A program made the translations under genes and the position numbers. A stretch of DNA of 63,128 nucleotides, filler included, from Reticulomyxa filosa (lineage: Eukaryota; Protista; Foraminifera), in the NCBI GenBank assembly GCA_000512085.1. It is 16 parts of 16 records of this genome, joined end to end, with 100 filler letters (N's around TTAATTAATTAA, not from the genome) between each part and the next. Parts side by side here need not be neighbours in the genome. Positions count along the whole stretch, not along the records: positions 51,038 to 53,287 come from ASPP01009213.1; positions 53,388 to 55,173 come from ASPP01011554.1; positions 55,274 to 56,673 come from ASPP01025597.1; positions 56,774 to 58,634 come from ASPP01019041.1; positions 58,735 to 63,128 come from ASPP01009809.1; 11 more parts are not named here. One strand, 5' to 3'. The notes beneath the pieces are model-generated. The model did no database searches and was not told the origin of the DNA. It saw only the letters and a program-made list of their open reading frames with translations. Below, in pieces: positions 51,118 through 63,128 of the stretch; position 1 is the stretch's first letter, and each line of letters opens with the position of its first letter.

Positions 51118-51825
51118 TAATCACAAATATATATATTATACGATCCACATAAGTGGACCGCTGCCTTTGTTAATAAAAAAAATTATTAACAACTTAAAAA
51201 ATTATACGTACAAACGAAAATGTGTACACGAAACTAGTTGTATAATTCAAATAAAAATCAAAATAAAAAAATTATCATTGATTTATACGAACTAGTCAAC
51301 AACTTTTAATTGAATAGTCTACATTAATATAATTCAATAAACCAAACAAATTGTAAGCATACCAAAGAAAAAACGCGAAATATGGTTAGAATAAAGCTAA
51401 GTTCTTAATTTTGCATAAATACCAATTGACCACTTTCACGATACTTATATATTTGTCACTTTTGTGATCGGCTTAGCTTCAACTAACATTTACCTTTTTA
51501 GTAAATGTAATAAGCTGTAAATGTGCAAAATCAGTTGGAAAGAGGATTGCAGTATAGAGTACTCTTTTGGTTTTTTTAGCAGTGATTATCTTTTTAGGAG
51601 AGGAAGTGGTTCTATTTGAGAAAAAAGAAAAGTCAAAGCGTGATAATAGAAACAGTCACACGAAATCCAACAAGGAATGAAGTCAAACAGAAGTCAATCC
51701 TCTTAGAATAAAGAAATGGGCGAGCACGAGTTTATTGTGAGCATCTCACCAAGTAAAAAAAAGTCAAGGAATAAAAGTTGCAATTGACTTTAAAAATTTG
51801 TTTATTTTTATTAGAACATTTTTTT

Positions 51826-53287
51826 TTAAGGACAATTATTTTCTTGTTGTAAGACATGGCTAGTAACGACTTGAACCATTTGTGAGTATCCAATGCTCAA
51901 CGTCACGCCTTTTTTCTCTTGAGCAGCTACAGAGACTCCATTGGCTGGCGGCAGATTGTGGACATTTGCGTCCTGACCTTTGTGAATGTCGACATTGATC
52001 TGTAAGTTCCTCAAGCACCTTCCATTCTGTTCATCAAAAGCGCCATATTTGAAGCACTGATGACAAATCAATTGCATAATTTCCAGATAGTCGGCTTTGG
52101 AAATATTTAGAAGATCGCAGAGTTTTTGTGTGGGCATTTGCATGTCATTGGCATGATAGCGCGACGATGCATTGAGAGTGCATGGATATTTGATCATATT
52201 GTTGGAAGCGTGAGTGGTTTTCCCAGTGCCAGAGCTATCTTCTCCGACAAGACTAGAAGAGCCAGTGGTAACACAAGAGGAAGAGCCATAAGGAGGAAAA
52301 GCAGCGGCAGCAGAAGCAGAGGCGGAGGTAGTAGCAATAGCATTTGGAGTGCCTCCACTTCCAATGGTGTTATTATAACTAAGACCGGCCTTTGCGGACA
52401 AATCACAAAGACTAAGATTGGGAGCAAAGGTAGACGTAGAGCTTTGAGACAATGCGCGAAATAGATATGCCGAAATATCCGTCACTTGCAGCTGACTAAA
52501 AAAGTTTTCCCCATGCTTGTTGAACAAATAAGAGATACATTTGCTGGCGGTATCACTTATTGACAAGTTGTAGCAAGCATGTTTTCTGAACTTGGATTTT
52601 TTGATATCAATAAACGCATTTTTGCTTTCGTGAATTTTTGTGTCTTTGTAATTGCGGTTGTATTTCCAGTTTGTGTACTTGTGGGCCAAAGCAGAATAAA
52701 ATACCTCGAGTTTGTCAATTTCACTTAAGTTTGTCACTCCTTTTTTTTTTTTTAAAAAAAAAAGGAGTGACAAAGACAAATATAAATACATATACATATA
52801 CATATATGTGTATACATATACACATATATGTATGTGTATACAAACCATTCAATAAATAACATTGCAATCGGTCAATCTGTTGTCTCAAAATACTTTCTTC
52901 ATAAATGCCATTAATGAATTGTTGGAAAAGGGTCTTTCCATCGGAGGAAGAAGAGTCTTTGCAAAAGCGCATAAGTGCACTGAAATGATCGACAAAGGGC
53001 TGCAGTTCGTACTTGACTTTGCCCATTGGCTTCTCTCCATGTTTCTTTAAGAGTTCTTTTCGTTGCATTCTGCCATTCAAAACTTGATCGTTGTAATATT
53101 TGGCCAATGCGAATTTCAACTTGCGTTCTTCGACAGTGTCCAATTCACTCATTGTCAAGCCCGTCAAATAATTTTCCGCGTCATTGAACCATTCCACTTC
53201 ATATTCTTCGCGCTCTTTGTTATATCCAATTTCATTGTCCTCTTTCGATCTATCCTTTTCTTTTTCTTTTTCTCTATCTCTATCTCT
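51826..53287 (-). CDS. ADA2: Transcriptional adapter ADA2 (SAGA/ATAC), 3' part with SWIRM-like region
   Basis: IGYNKEREEYEVEWFNDAE, LKFALAKYYNDQV...RKELL, FINGIYEESILRQQIDRLQ, GVTNLSE, KLCDLLNISKADYLEI. Confidence 0.82.
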
Positions 53288-53432
53288 NNNNNNNNNNNNN
53301 NNNNNNNNNNNNNNNNNNNNNNNNNNNNNNNTTAATTAATTAANNNNNNNNNNNNNNNNNNNNNNNNNNNNNNNNNNNNNNNNNNNNTATATATATATAT
53401 ATATGTATACGTATATAGATCTTTATAACAGA

Positions 53433-54190
53433 AGCGACTGAAAACCCGGAGCAAAATTATATTTTTCATTATGGAAACCACGGAAACAAACGCATTGTAT
53501 TGGTGGACAAATTGATAGAGCAAGCGAACACTGAAGAAATTCTAGCGATACTCGCTGGAGAGTTATTTCGCTGGAAATATTTTTTTGTCGTCTTTGAAGT
53601 TGTTATGGATGAGGCTCTCTTTTTCATTGCCTTTGTCATCTTTGTTTTCATTTACAATAATGAGTATGTTTGTCTTTTTTTGTACATGCATTTTTTCTCT
53701 ATTTATCTGCTTATTATTATTATTATTATTATTATTGTTGTTGTTTTATTTTTGTTTGTTATTCAAAAAAAAAAAAAAAAAAGAATATTGCTATCAGTCA
53801 TTTGGATTCACAAAACCAATTCCTATTATTGGACTACGGCTATCGATGCTCATTTTTTCCTTTGTGCTCGCTTTATGGACGTTCGTGCACAATTTTGTTA
53901 CAAGGTACCTTCTTCCTGTCATCAACTCCCTCCTTTTTTTAATCCTCTTTTTTTTTCACACAAAAAATATATATATAAAAAAAAATAGGCAGTTCCAATT
54001 TTGGGCAGACCGCTTTACCGTGGAATTAGGGTTTGGAGAACATATTTATTATGGTCTAATTAAAATGTCAAAAAAACAAAGACAAACAAACAATCCCGAC
54101 TGGCTTTACTCCGTCTATCATTTTTCTTCTATTCCTTTGATTGAAAGATTACAAATGGTTGAACTGTTTGTAATTCTTAAAAAGAGATAA
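53433..54190 (+). CDS. Ste24/ZMPSTE24 (peptidase M48A)-like protein lacking zinc ligands (3' part)
   Basis: YGNHGNKRIVLVDKLI...EEILAILAGELFRWKY, YQSFGF, FVTR|QFQFWADRF, GLIKM, NPDWLYSVYHFSSIPLIERL. Confidence 0.8.
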
Positions 54191-54577
54191 TCTTTTTCAT
54201 CTTTCTCTTCTCAATTTTCATTTACCGCTATGTGTTGTTCGCTGAGTACTTTGAACTGTCATATTCATGCTCTTTGACGTGCCAATTCCAAATCAACACC
54301 TATTTGCAAAATACTTTTTTGCGTTGCGTAAATACAAGCAAAACTTTTTTTTGTGTTTTTTTTTTTTTTCGAAAGGGGCTATACAAATTAAGTTGAGAAT
54401 ATATTATATATAATAAAGCGAGACATTTGTTGGCTGGTTCTAGTTTTGTTGTTATGTCCATTGAAACAACTACATCACCTTTGGACTTTACATGAGCAAT
54501 TGTTTGCAACAATCTGTCTTGTTTGGCGTGTGAAAAAAAAACAACAACAACAGAAGAAGAAAAGTGAGCGAACAAAA

Positions 54578-55120
54578 TGGACCAACAATCAGTTGTGTAT
54601 TTTGTCAACAAAAAAGGACTTTTGAAAAAAAAAAAAAAAAAAAACTTGTGGATAAAAAGGTAGTGAACGCGCGTGTTGGGGGGGGAGGGTAGGACATAGT
54701 GCCAGCGGGGCACCCTTATTTTGTAAAAGACACGTTGCCAATGGCGGAAATGTTTATACAATACTTGACACACGCAGTGCAAAACAAAAGCAACGCAGTG
54801 AGCGCAGAGTGTAAGAAATACATGGAGACATTGCAAATGGATGGAGTGAAGAAGGACGAGTTTGTGTTGTGCGCATTGGACTGCGGCGCAGGCTGGGATG
54901 TGGCGTCTCGCGATAGCATCGCTTCTCAGATTGACATTATTGGCGATTTCAAAACGATGCCAAAGGCATGTCTTTTGTTCTTAAGATTGCATCAAAGATA
55001 CTATCGCTTACTCACCACGGCCGAAAGTGAGGACAACAAAGATACCGCCAATGACATACGTCCTGTCGATGCTTCTGTGCCTCCTATGTATGGGGACAAA
55101 TTCAAAAGTTGAGTAGTTTT
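54578..55120 (+). CDS. Hypothetical protein (partial)
   Basis: Coding-like composition in ORF 54699-55112, flanked by intron-like sequence. No recognised domain. Confidence 0.45.
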
Positions 55121-55687
55121 TTTTTTTTAAATTCCCCTTTTTTTTTTTTTTTTTTTTTTTAATTTTTTTTTTTNNNNNNNNNNNNNNNNNNNNNNNNNNN
55201 NNNNNNNNNNNNNNNNNTTAATTAATTAANNNNNNNNNNNNNNNNNNNNNNNNNNNNNNNNNNNNNNNNNNNNAAAAAGATCTACGTAAAAATGCTGCGG
55301 AGACTAATTTAATAACTTCACATTTTTCAGTCGTTGAGAGACAATTTTCTTTTTAGCATTGTGTTTTTTTACATTGCGATCTCCTTTGCGGTGCACCAAC
55401 GAAACAAGTTTGAAAGGAGATTCCAAAGATATTTAGTCAAACTAGAAAATCATTAAAAAAAATCATATGACAAGGAGAGAAAAGAGATAAAAGAAAACAA
55501 TAAAGAAAATGATTGCTACACAAAAAATACAACACAAAAAAACTTAACCAAACAACATGGTGTTTTTCCAGATCCCTCCTCTCCCAGAAAAAAAGAGTGG
55601 GGAAAAAAAAGAATGTGAACAACAAGGGAGAAAAGAGAAAGAAACGAGGAGCGACAACTGCTGACTGGCGAAAGCAGTTGGTTGATA

Positions 55688-56673
55688 TCATGAGATCTGC
55701 ACACTGTACACTTCATAGTCAGTAACCTTGAATTTTTGAGCACCACACAAGTAATCAGGTCTATCTTTACTCATAAACACGCTGTAGCTAGATGGAAAGT
55801 TAGACCAAGAACGTTTGCTTGTATTGGCAGCATCTTTTATCACGATATCTCGACCATAACCAAAAGTAGGGCCTGTTTTTTTTTTTTGTCAATTAAAAAA
55901 AAGGAATGTACAAAACAAGAAGAAGGAGAAAGAATAAACAAACCACAAATAGGTGAATGAAAGACAGCCCCATGGGTTTGATCAGATCTAATTCTAAACA
56001 TCTGTGGTGAATCATTGTATTTCAAAGCGGCTTTTTGACCAAAACGTAGCGCATAAACAAATGCATAAGGATCGGAGTGATGTCCCATATTATCACAAGT
56101 CCAACTAATGCTCGTGTAGCCTTTTTTTATAGTAAAAGCGTTGCATAAAGAAGAGGTGCAACAATTGAGATTAAAAAAAAAAAAAAAAAAGACACAAACA
56201 GAACAAGACCTCCAAAAACATGATTTTCTTCGGATTGAATGATGCACACTGTCGGCCCTTGATTATCACAGAGCTGATGGAAAGCCTTGCAATCAAAGCC
56301 ATCTCGACTAGCCCGATAAAGCAAACGAGCACGAAGACGAAGTTCAGAGAAAGGGAGGACGTGAGGAGCGCCGTTATTGTTATTCCAATTGGTGAGAGTA
56401 TGAATAGCAGAGAGTTGAGAGATGAGGAATTTCACCAGCGTGTCATTTTCAACCTCATTTAAAATTTGCGACTGCAAATGCGAGTATCGAGCATAGCTAT
56501 GAATGAGAGAAAACAGGGCTTGTTCGTGGCCGACCGTTTTGCGAGAGTCGGGTTTGAACAAGTGGGGTCGTCCAAAGCATATCCGAGTCCAGTATTTGCA
56601 AAGGATCGTGGTCGGGTTCATTTTTGCGGTGAAGGATTGATATCCGGCGGAGCCCCCTCCTCCTCCTCCTCCT
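55688..56673 (-). CDS. TLDc-domain protein (3' part)
   Basis: RLLYRASRDGFDCKAFHQLCDNQGPTVCIIQSEENHVFGG|YTSISW...GPTFG...YLCGAQKFKVTDYEVY. Confidence 0.92.
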
Positions 56674-56773
56674 NNNNNNNNNNNNNNNNNNNNNNNNNNN
56701 NNNNNNNNNNNNNNNNNTTAATTAATTAANNNNNNNNNNNNNNNNNNNNNNNNNNNNNNNNNNNNNNNNNNNN

Positions 56774-57170
56774 ATCATCAAATGTTGAATAATCAATACT
56801 ATACACCAAATTAGTATTTCCACTGAATGTATTGATTAATTTTGATGATGAACGGAATGTATCAAACATGAAGATAGTATACACCTATGTTAAATAATAT
56901 TAGAATGTTTTAATTGCATTTAAGAAAAGAAAGAACAAATGAACTGACATAATTGACAACAAGTTTGTCAAAATCTTTGATCCATCCTAATTTAATGTTT
57001 AATATTCGAATCCAGTGATGAATAATGATTTTGGCCTCTTCTTCTTTTGACTGTTTCAGTCGTAAAGCAAAATGAGAAAAACAAGAAGAAGAAAAATCTA
57101 AAAAAATAACTTAAACGAAACTTTCATTACTTAGCTAAAGTATCTTTTTTTTTCCTTGAGATTAGCTTTG
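56774..57170 (-). CDS. WD40 expanded-family gene, 5' part (cut by gap)
   Basis: EEEAKIIIHHWIRILNIKLGWIKDFDKLVVNY|...FMFDTFRSSSKLINTFSGNTNLVYSIDYSTFDD. Confidence 0.75.
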
Positions 57171-59839
57171 ATGATGAAAATGATTCTTTTTAAATTTTTT
57201 TTTTAAGATCATGAAGGGTCAATAAAAAATCGAAATGTTTCTTTTATTTAATAATATAAACTTTGTAGTGAGAAATAAGTATTTTATTTTGTAAAATATT
57301 AAGATAACAAGAATTTTTTCTCTTAATTTTAGTTTACTCAAAATTATATGGAATGGGTAATTTGAATGCATAATTGAATATGAATTATTATTTTTGAAAA
57401 TTCATTTCAAACAATTTCCATCAAAGTTTACGAACCATTTCTGGTCAAAAAGTGTAAAAGAAACTTTTCAAATTAAAAAAAGGATGAATTAATGTTACAA
57501 ATGAATTCCACTCAAATTTAGAAAATTGCCTGCAAGTGGATTGCCATTTTTTTACAAATATTTAGTTTCTATTTTAAAAATAACAAAAACTTAATCAGTA
57601 TACAAATTTATTAAACTATTTCCAATTAATTGTAAAAACGTACAATTTATGCAATTACATGCTTGTAATCTATTACGCATAAAGTTTTCATAAATATGCA
57701 ATGAATGATCTAATTACTAGTCAAATGTTCAAGTGTGGTACTCAAATGGACAATACAATAAAAAGCTATGTGGAATGTTATCTCATAGTTCTAAAATTTC
57801 GTATTCTTTTTTTTTTAGTTAAAAAAAATTGTATACAGTATCAGAAACGTATTTGTATGTACTCATTTTCAACTGGCTAAATGAAACTTTTTGACGTTAA
57901 CAATTTAAAGAATTTTTCACAAAAGAATGACTAGACTGGAACCGCATAGTGAAACTGGTAGATACGATAACAAGAATAAACGCAATTTTTAGTTTCGTTA
58001 TTTTCTTGACCACAAATTTTCTCTTCGTTTTTTTAATAATTATTTATAAGGTATATTTGGCGACTGATTACCAAATCATTGTCTTGATTGTAACAAATGC
58101 GTGGATTAATTAAAAATATTTTACTTACTTACATTAACAGTTTTTTATTACTTGTAAAAATCTTTTTTGGGTTGTTTCGTGTTTATAAAAAGGGTTTCAA
58201 ATTCTCTTTTGCATGAAAATGCTCAAAATTCTGTCAAATAAATATATTATCTAAACAACGTTGCTTAAAAAAAATTTAAAAAAATTCATTATGTTCCTTT
58301 TTTCTGCTGGAAAAAAACACATTTCCAACGTGAACTGAACAAAACAACAATAACAATAATACATAAAACAGACAATTTATCATGCAATATTCAAATGCTT
58401 TAATTTAACATTTCATTTTCAATCAATTTAATTTTTATCAGTCAATTTTTTTATTTGTAAATTTCTAAATAAGTTTCTAAATCTTCAAAATAAAAAAAGG
58501 TTTGCTTTAAAGTTTACATCATTATGCTTGCACAACTTCAACAACAGTTTCCCAAAATAGGTGAAAAAAATGTTTTAAAGGCATGGACACTTTTTTTTGT
58601 TTCGTAGAATTTCATAGAATCATAATGCATGAGTNNNNNNNNNNNNNNNNNNNNNNNNNNNNNNNNNNNNNNNNNNNNTTAATTAATTAANNNNNNNNNN
58701 NNNNNNNNNNNNNNNNNNNNNNNNNNNNNNNNNNAAAAAAAGGGACCAATTTATCTACTCCACATTATTGTTGTTACTTAAACTTAAAAGATCAAAGTAG
58801 TTTGTGTGAAATCCTTTTAAAAAAAGACAAACAAACAAAAAAAAGTAATTAGCAATAGCAATATCTCCAATTTTAATTATGTTTTGACTAATATTTTGAA
58901 AGCACAGGAAAGTTGCCAAATGATGAATACAGTTGTGTTTAAAATTTTACATACATTCTTTATTTTTATCCTTCAAAATATTTTCCATACAATAATACAA
59001 AGAGATAGGGACAGATATTTTGAACAAAAAAAAGGACTACATCAATTAAAGGTTAGTACAGTCCTTTGTTGCAACAAAAATTTTAATGAACCAAATTTTT
59101 TTTTTAATCATGGACAAAAAAAAGCAAGAAAATTATGATAATCCAAAATTTTATTATTTTGATAAGCAATTTTAAAGATAATTTTTTTTAGAGATTACAA
59201 ATTCAGTGGACGATCATGTTTCGATAAAGAGTGGATTTTACAATTGAATCAACAAGGACAAATGGATTAAAAAAATAACTTGTTGTTGAAATAAGATGAT
59301 ATTCACAATTAAAAGTACAAATAAAATCAAATGAAGAGAAGAATGAAGAAAACAGATTTTTGATTAATGGATAAAATAAAGAAATAATAAAAAAGAATTG
59401 TCAGAAAAAGACAATAAAATGAAAAAATATAAAAAGAATCTCAACAAAAATTACTTAAACTACGTACTGATATCGAAATAATTAAAAGAGGTTTCAATGA
59501 AAAGTAAACTAAACAACAATCACATTATAACAAACTTATTAAGTTAGTGTAAGAAAAAAAAGAGAAACTCTTCAACAAAGACGAACAAAAAGAAAACGAT
59601 AATATTTTATCTTCTAATCCCTGACATATCATACTTTTGATTTATTTCATTCTACTTTTAATTTAACACCAAAAGTCTTATTGTAGTATCAATTAAATAA
59701 CATACTACCTTCTTTTATCTGAAAAATATATTTTTCATATTATTAAAGTAGTTCGACAACCCTTTTACTGATTTCGAAAAAAAATTCAAATATTTTTCAT
59801 CTTGCATCACTAACTCAATCTCAAAAAAAGTACGAAAGA

Positions 59840-61225
59840 ATGACTACATCTATCAATGAAAAACAAACTTCAATACAACAATCATGGGTAAGATTCTTTT
59901 ATTAATCCTTGATGAGTTGTTTATCTTGACTATATAAATTGTGTGATTGTTGATAAATCAGTTAGAAGAAAAAGAGATTCGAATTGTTATTGCATATTGG
60001 ACTCGAAAATTAAAAATTAAATTAGGATGGATTTGTGAGTTTGATAGACTTGTCGTCGATTATGTTATGTTTTTTTGTTTATCTTTTTTTATTCAATATA
60101 AAGCATGTTTAAATATTTATTATTTAAAATTATAATTTAACGCAGGCAATTACTTTCTTCCTACTTGATACATTCCGTTCATCTAAATTACTTAATACAT
60201 TAACTAGACATAGTGGTTGTGTATATAGTATTGATTATTCAACATTTGATGATGGTAAATTCATTTGCACTGGATCAAATGATAAAACAGTTAGTGTATG
60301 GGATACTGAGAATAACAGACAAATTCAATTATTCAATGGACATTTAGATTGGGTTCATTGTGTAAAATTTTCACCATATCATTATTATATTTATCGTCGT
60401 AATGTCGTTTGTTCTTCATCAAATGATAAAACCATTCGTTTTTGGGATATCAAAGATAATCGACAATTGAAATTATTCAATGGGCATGCAAACAGTGTTT
60501 ATGGCATTGAATTTTCATCATTTAGTGGTGGTCGATATTTGTGTTCTGGATCTACTGACAAAACTATTCGTTTATGGGATGTTGAAAAATCTAAAACATT
60601 ACATTTTTTCAATAGACATGAATTTGTTGTTTGGTGCGTTGATATTTCACCATTGCAAAGCAATAATAACAATAAACAAAATAGTATTGGTGTAATTGGT
60701 GGAAATGGATATACAATTTGTTCTGGCTCAAGAGATAAAACCATTCGAATATGGGATATTGAAACAACTAAACAATTGATTGTATTCAAAGGACATGAAG
60801 ATTTTGTGAGAAGCGTAAAGTATGGATCAAATAAATTAGTAAATACAATATTATCTGGATCAGATGATAAAAGTGTTCGCTTGTGGGATATTCGATCTGG
60901 TAAACAAACTCAAGTGTTCAATAAACATAAAAATTATGTATGGGCTGTTGAATATTCACCATTTGTAGTAAATAATAATAAAGTTGGTGGTATTTCAAAT
61001 GTGATATGTTCTGGGTCGTTGGATAATACAATTCGTTTTTGGGATATTCGATCAAATAAAAAAGATTTGTTTACAATTAAAGGTATTGAAAGCGATCAAG
61101 GGATAACATGTTTTAAATTTGCACCGTTGAAAAAGAAGGGAAATGACAAACAAAAATTAAATGATGATTGTAATGTTAATTTATGTTATTGTTCATATAA
61201 TGGTGCAGTTCGTATTTTGGGATGA
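59840..61225 (+). CDS. WD40-repeat protein of the lineage-expanded family, apparently intact (3 exons)
   Basis: Leader EIRIVIAYWTRKLKIKLGWICEFDRLVVDY, then a continuous frame from about 60146 with about 7 repeats of FNGH...CSGSxDKTIRxWD. Confidence 0.92.
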
Positions 61226-61857
61226 ATATAAACGAATGAAATTTTGCGAAGCAAAAAGACAATATAAAAAATGAATTTACTTGATTTCCGTTTTCCAACT
61301 CATCTATTTTAAAATTTGGAGTGTGCTTAATTTTTTTTTTTGACGATATTTGTAATTAAAAACATCGCAACTGCGCACAGCATTTTGAGAATTGAAAAAA
61401 GGGCTACTATTACTTAGCTAAGACAAAAAAAAAAAAAAAGACTTGGCAATTGCAGTGGAAGATTAGCACGTATCATAGATACAGCAAAAAGTTCAATTGT
61501 TGAAATTCACAGCCTCTTTACAACAACAACAAAAATTGTGTAGCTTATAAACCAGAGTCATTAGCTCAAAAAACTTTAGGTTTTGAACGATGCATTAACT
61601 TTTGACAACAAAAAAATTGTTTGCTCTTATTTCTCCTTATTTACTTGATGTTCTGTTTTCTCGACAGTCTAAAAAAGATAAAATTTTTTCATTGTTAAAA
61701 TAGCATCTAATTGGATGTTATTTCTACTTGCACTTGTATCGTGAGATACATATTTTGGTAAATTAACGTAAGCATTAAATAGGATGTTTTTTTTAATTAT
61801 GTATCATTTCATTGCAAATTACAATCATTTATCTTTACTTTCAAATCACTTTGTTTA

Positions 61858-63030
61858 TTACAGATCCCAAACATTTGGACAAAATAAATTGAGGATCCAG
61901 CTAGCTTCGTCGATATCAAACCACTTTTGGTACTCTTTCACTTTAGTGTTATCGATTCCCATAGCTTCGACAATGTTTTGAAAAAAAGGTATTGGTCTCT
62001 TTATAATGACATTTTTTTTTTCAGAGTAATAATCATCATCGTTATCAGTTAATTCTTCGGTACTCTCATCATCACTGTAATCGACATCTGTGCTTTCGCG
62101 ATCAAATTTCACAACGCCTGTGTCACGGCATTGTAAAAATCGTTCAGCATCTCTGTAATATATTCCTGGCTGTTTAACAATGGTTTTGCTGGTACAAAGG
62201 ATCGATTAGTGAGAGTAAATATCGAATTATCAGACGTCAAATCATATATAATCATGTTTGACAGAACTGCACAAAGTTGCACATCGCAACGTTTTGTGGG
62301 CGACGATAATAAATCATCCCAGAATTTAATATCATCTAAATGTCCAATATTCAACCAATCAATTTTTAGCATTGTTTCCGTCGGCCATTTGACAAAAGAA
62401 GGTCTCCAACCTTTTTTTTTTTATTTATTTATTTTTTTTTTTTAATACAAAAATAAAAAACTTAAACTTAATCCATTGATATGTTTGCATTGACTCAAAT
62501 CTAATCGAACAGAGAATGGTCCATTCCACATTACATCTCCATGTATTGTCAGCCATTCCAAAGTGGCAGGAATTTTGAGTGTCTCCTCTGATGTCCTGTG
62601 ACTGCCAAAGTAATAAAGTGCCAACAAATTTGGACAAGAGAGTAGCAAATGATTAAGAAATCTAATTTCAACACAGTCCTGATTTTGCAGAAACCAAGAT
62701 GAAGAGTGAGAAAAAGGTGTCAACAAAGATGCATTGTCGTCGTTGAAATCACACGCTTCAACTGCTTCGAGCACTTGTTTCCAATTGCAATACTTACACG
62801 ATCCCATCTGCAATCTTTCAATTTCTAGCGTTTTCAATTGTGGCATCAATCCTTTCACATTAACGGATGTGAAACAGCTGCTAATTTTGGTGTTTTGCAG
62901 ATTTAAATGTACCAAATTTGGAAATATTGGAAAAGCAGTTATTTGATCAAATTCATTTGTTACTGTCAATGCTCGAATCGATTTGTGTGCTTTATTCAGC
63001 ATTGCAATAAATGAATCTAATTGTCCCTTT
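61858..63030 (-). CDS. Leucine-rich-repeat (RNI/F-box-type) protein, partial
   Basis: FPNLVHLNL, MPQLKTLEI, CPNLLALYY and IPATLEWLTI LRR-like motifs. Confidence 0.55.
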
Positions 63031-63065
63031 GCACATTTCTATATATATATATATATACATATATG

Positions 63066-63116
<51 letters not shown>

Positions 63117-63128
63117 ATATTATTATTA

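Noticed and set aside
26250-54190. A G-protein/prenylation gene cluster (GRK-CaaX, Ste24-like, globin-RGS)
   Set aside because: The genes lie on different contigs joined by artificial spacers, so linkage is unproven.

Overview
AT-rich, intron-rich eukaryotic genomic DNA made of 16 contigs joined by 15 identical artificial 100-bp spacers (N44-TTAATTAATTAA-N44), so neighbourhood across spacers is not evidence of real linkage. The source is probably a rhizarian, most likely the foraminiferan Reticulomyxa filosa or a relative. This is an inference from an Ala insertion at a polyubiquitin monomer junction, an expanded WD40 family with an IxxWxRxLxIKLGWIxxFDKLV leader, and many pseudogenes. Contig 1 (1-20782) is gene dense: OST-alpha/TMEM184-like, a globin-RGS fusion, ATAD2/Yta7, Mpo1/DUF962, RAD50, prefoldin 5 and a C1-domain protein. 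Later contigs carry a GRK-like kinase ending in a CaaX box, a CorA Mg2+ transporter, C2orf69-like, PH+F-box-like, WDR61-like, ADA2, a Ste24-like protein lacking its zinc ligands, TLDc, WD40 and LRR genes. They also carry degraded copies of CAP-Gly, cpn60, Rpn12, ubiquitin and WD40 genes. The top candidate novelty is a 7-exon gene joining a 3/3 globin to an RGS domain, a possible O2/heme-sensing G-protein regulator. The second is an unusual intron architecture: GUU donors, A-rich 3' ends and internal hairpins. All exon structures were reconstructed by eye and coordinates are approximate where stated.
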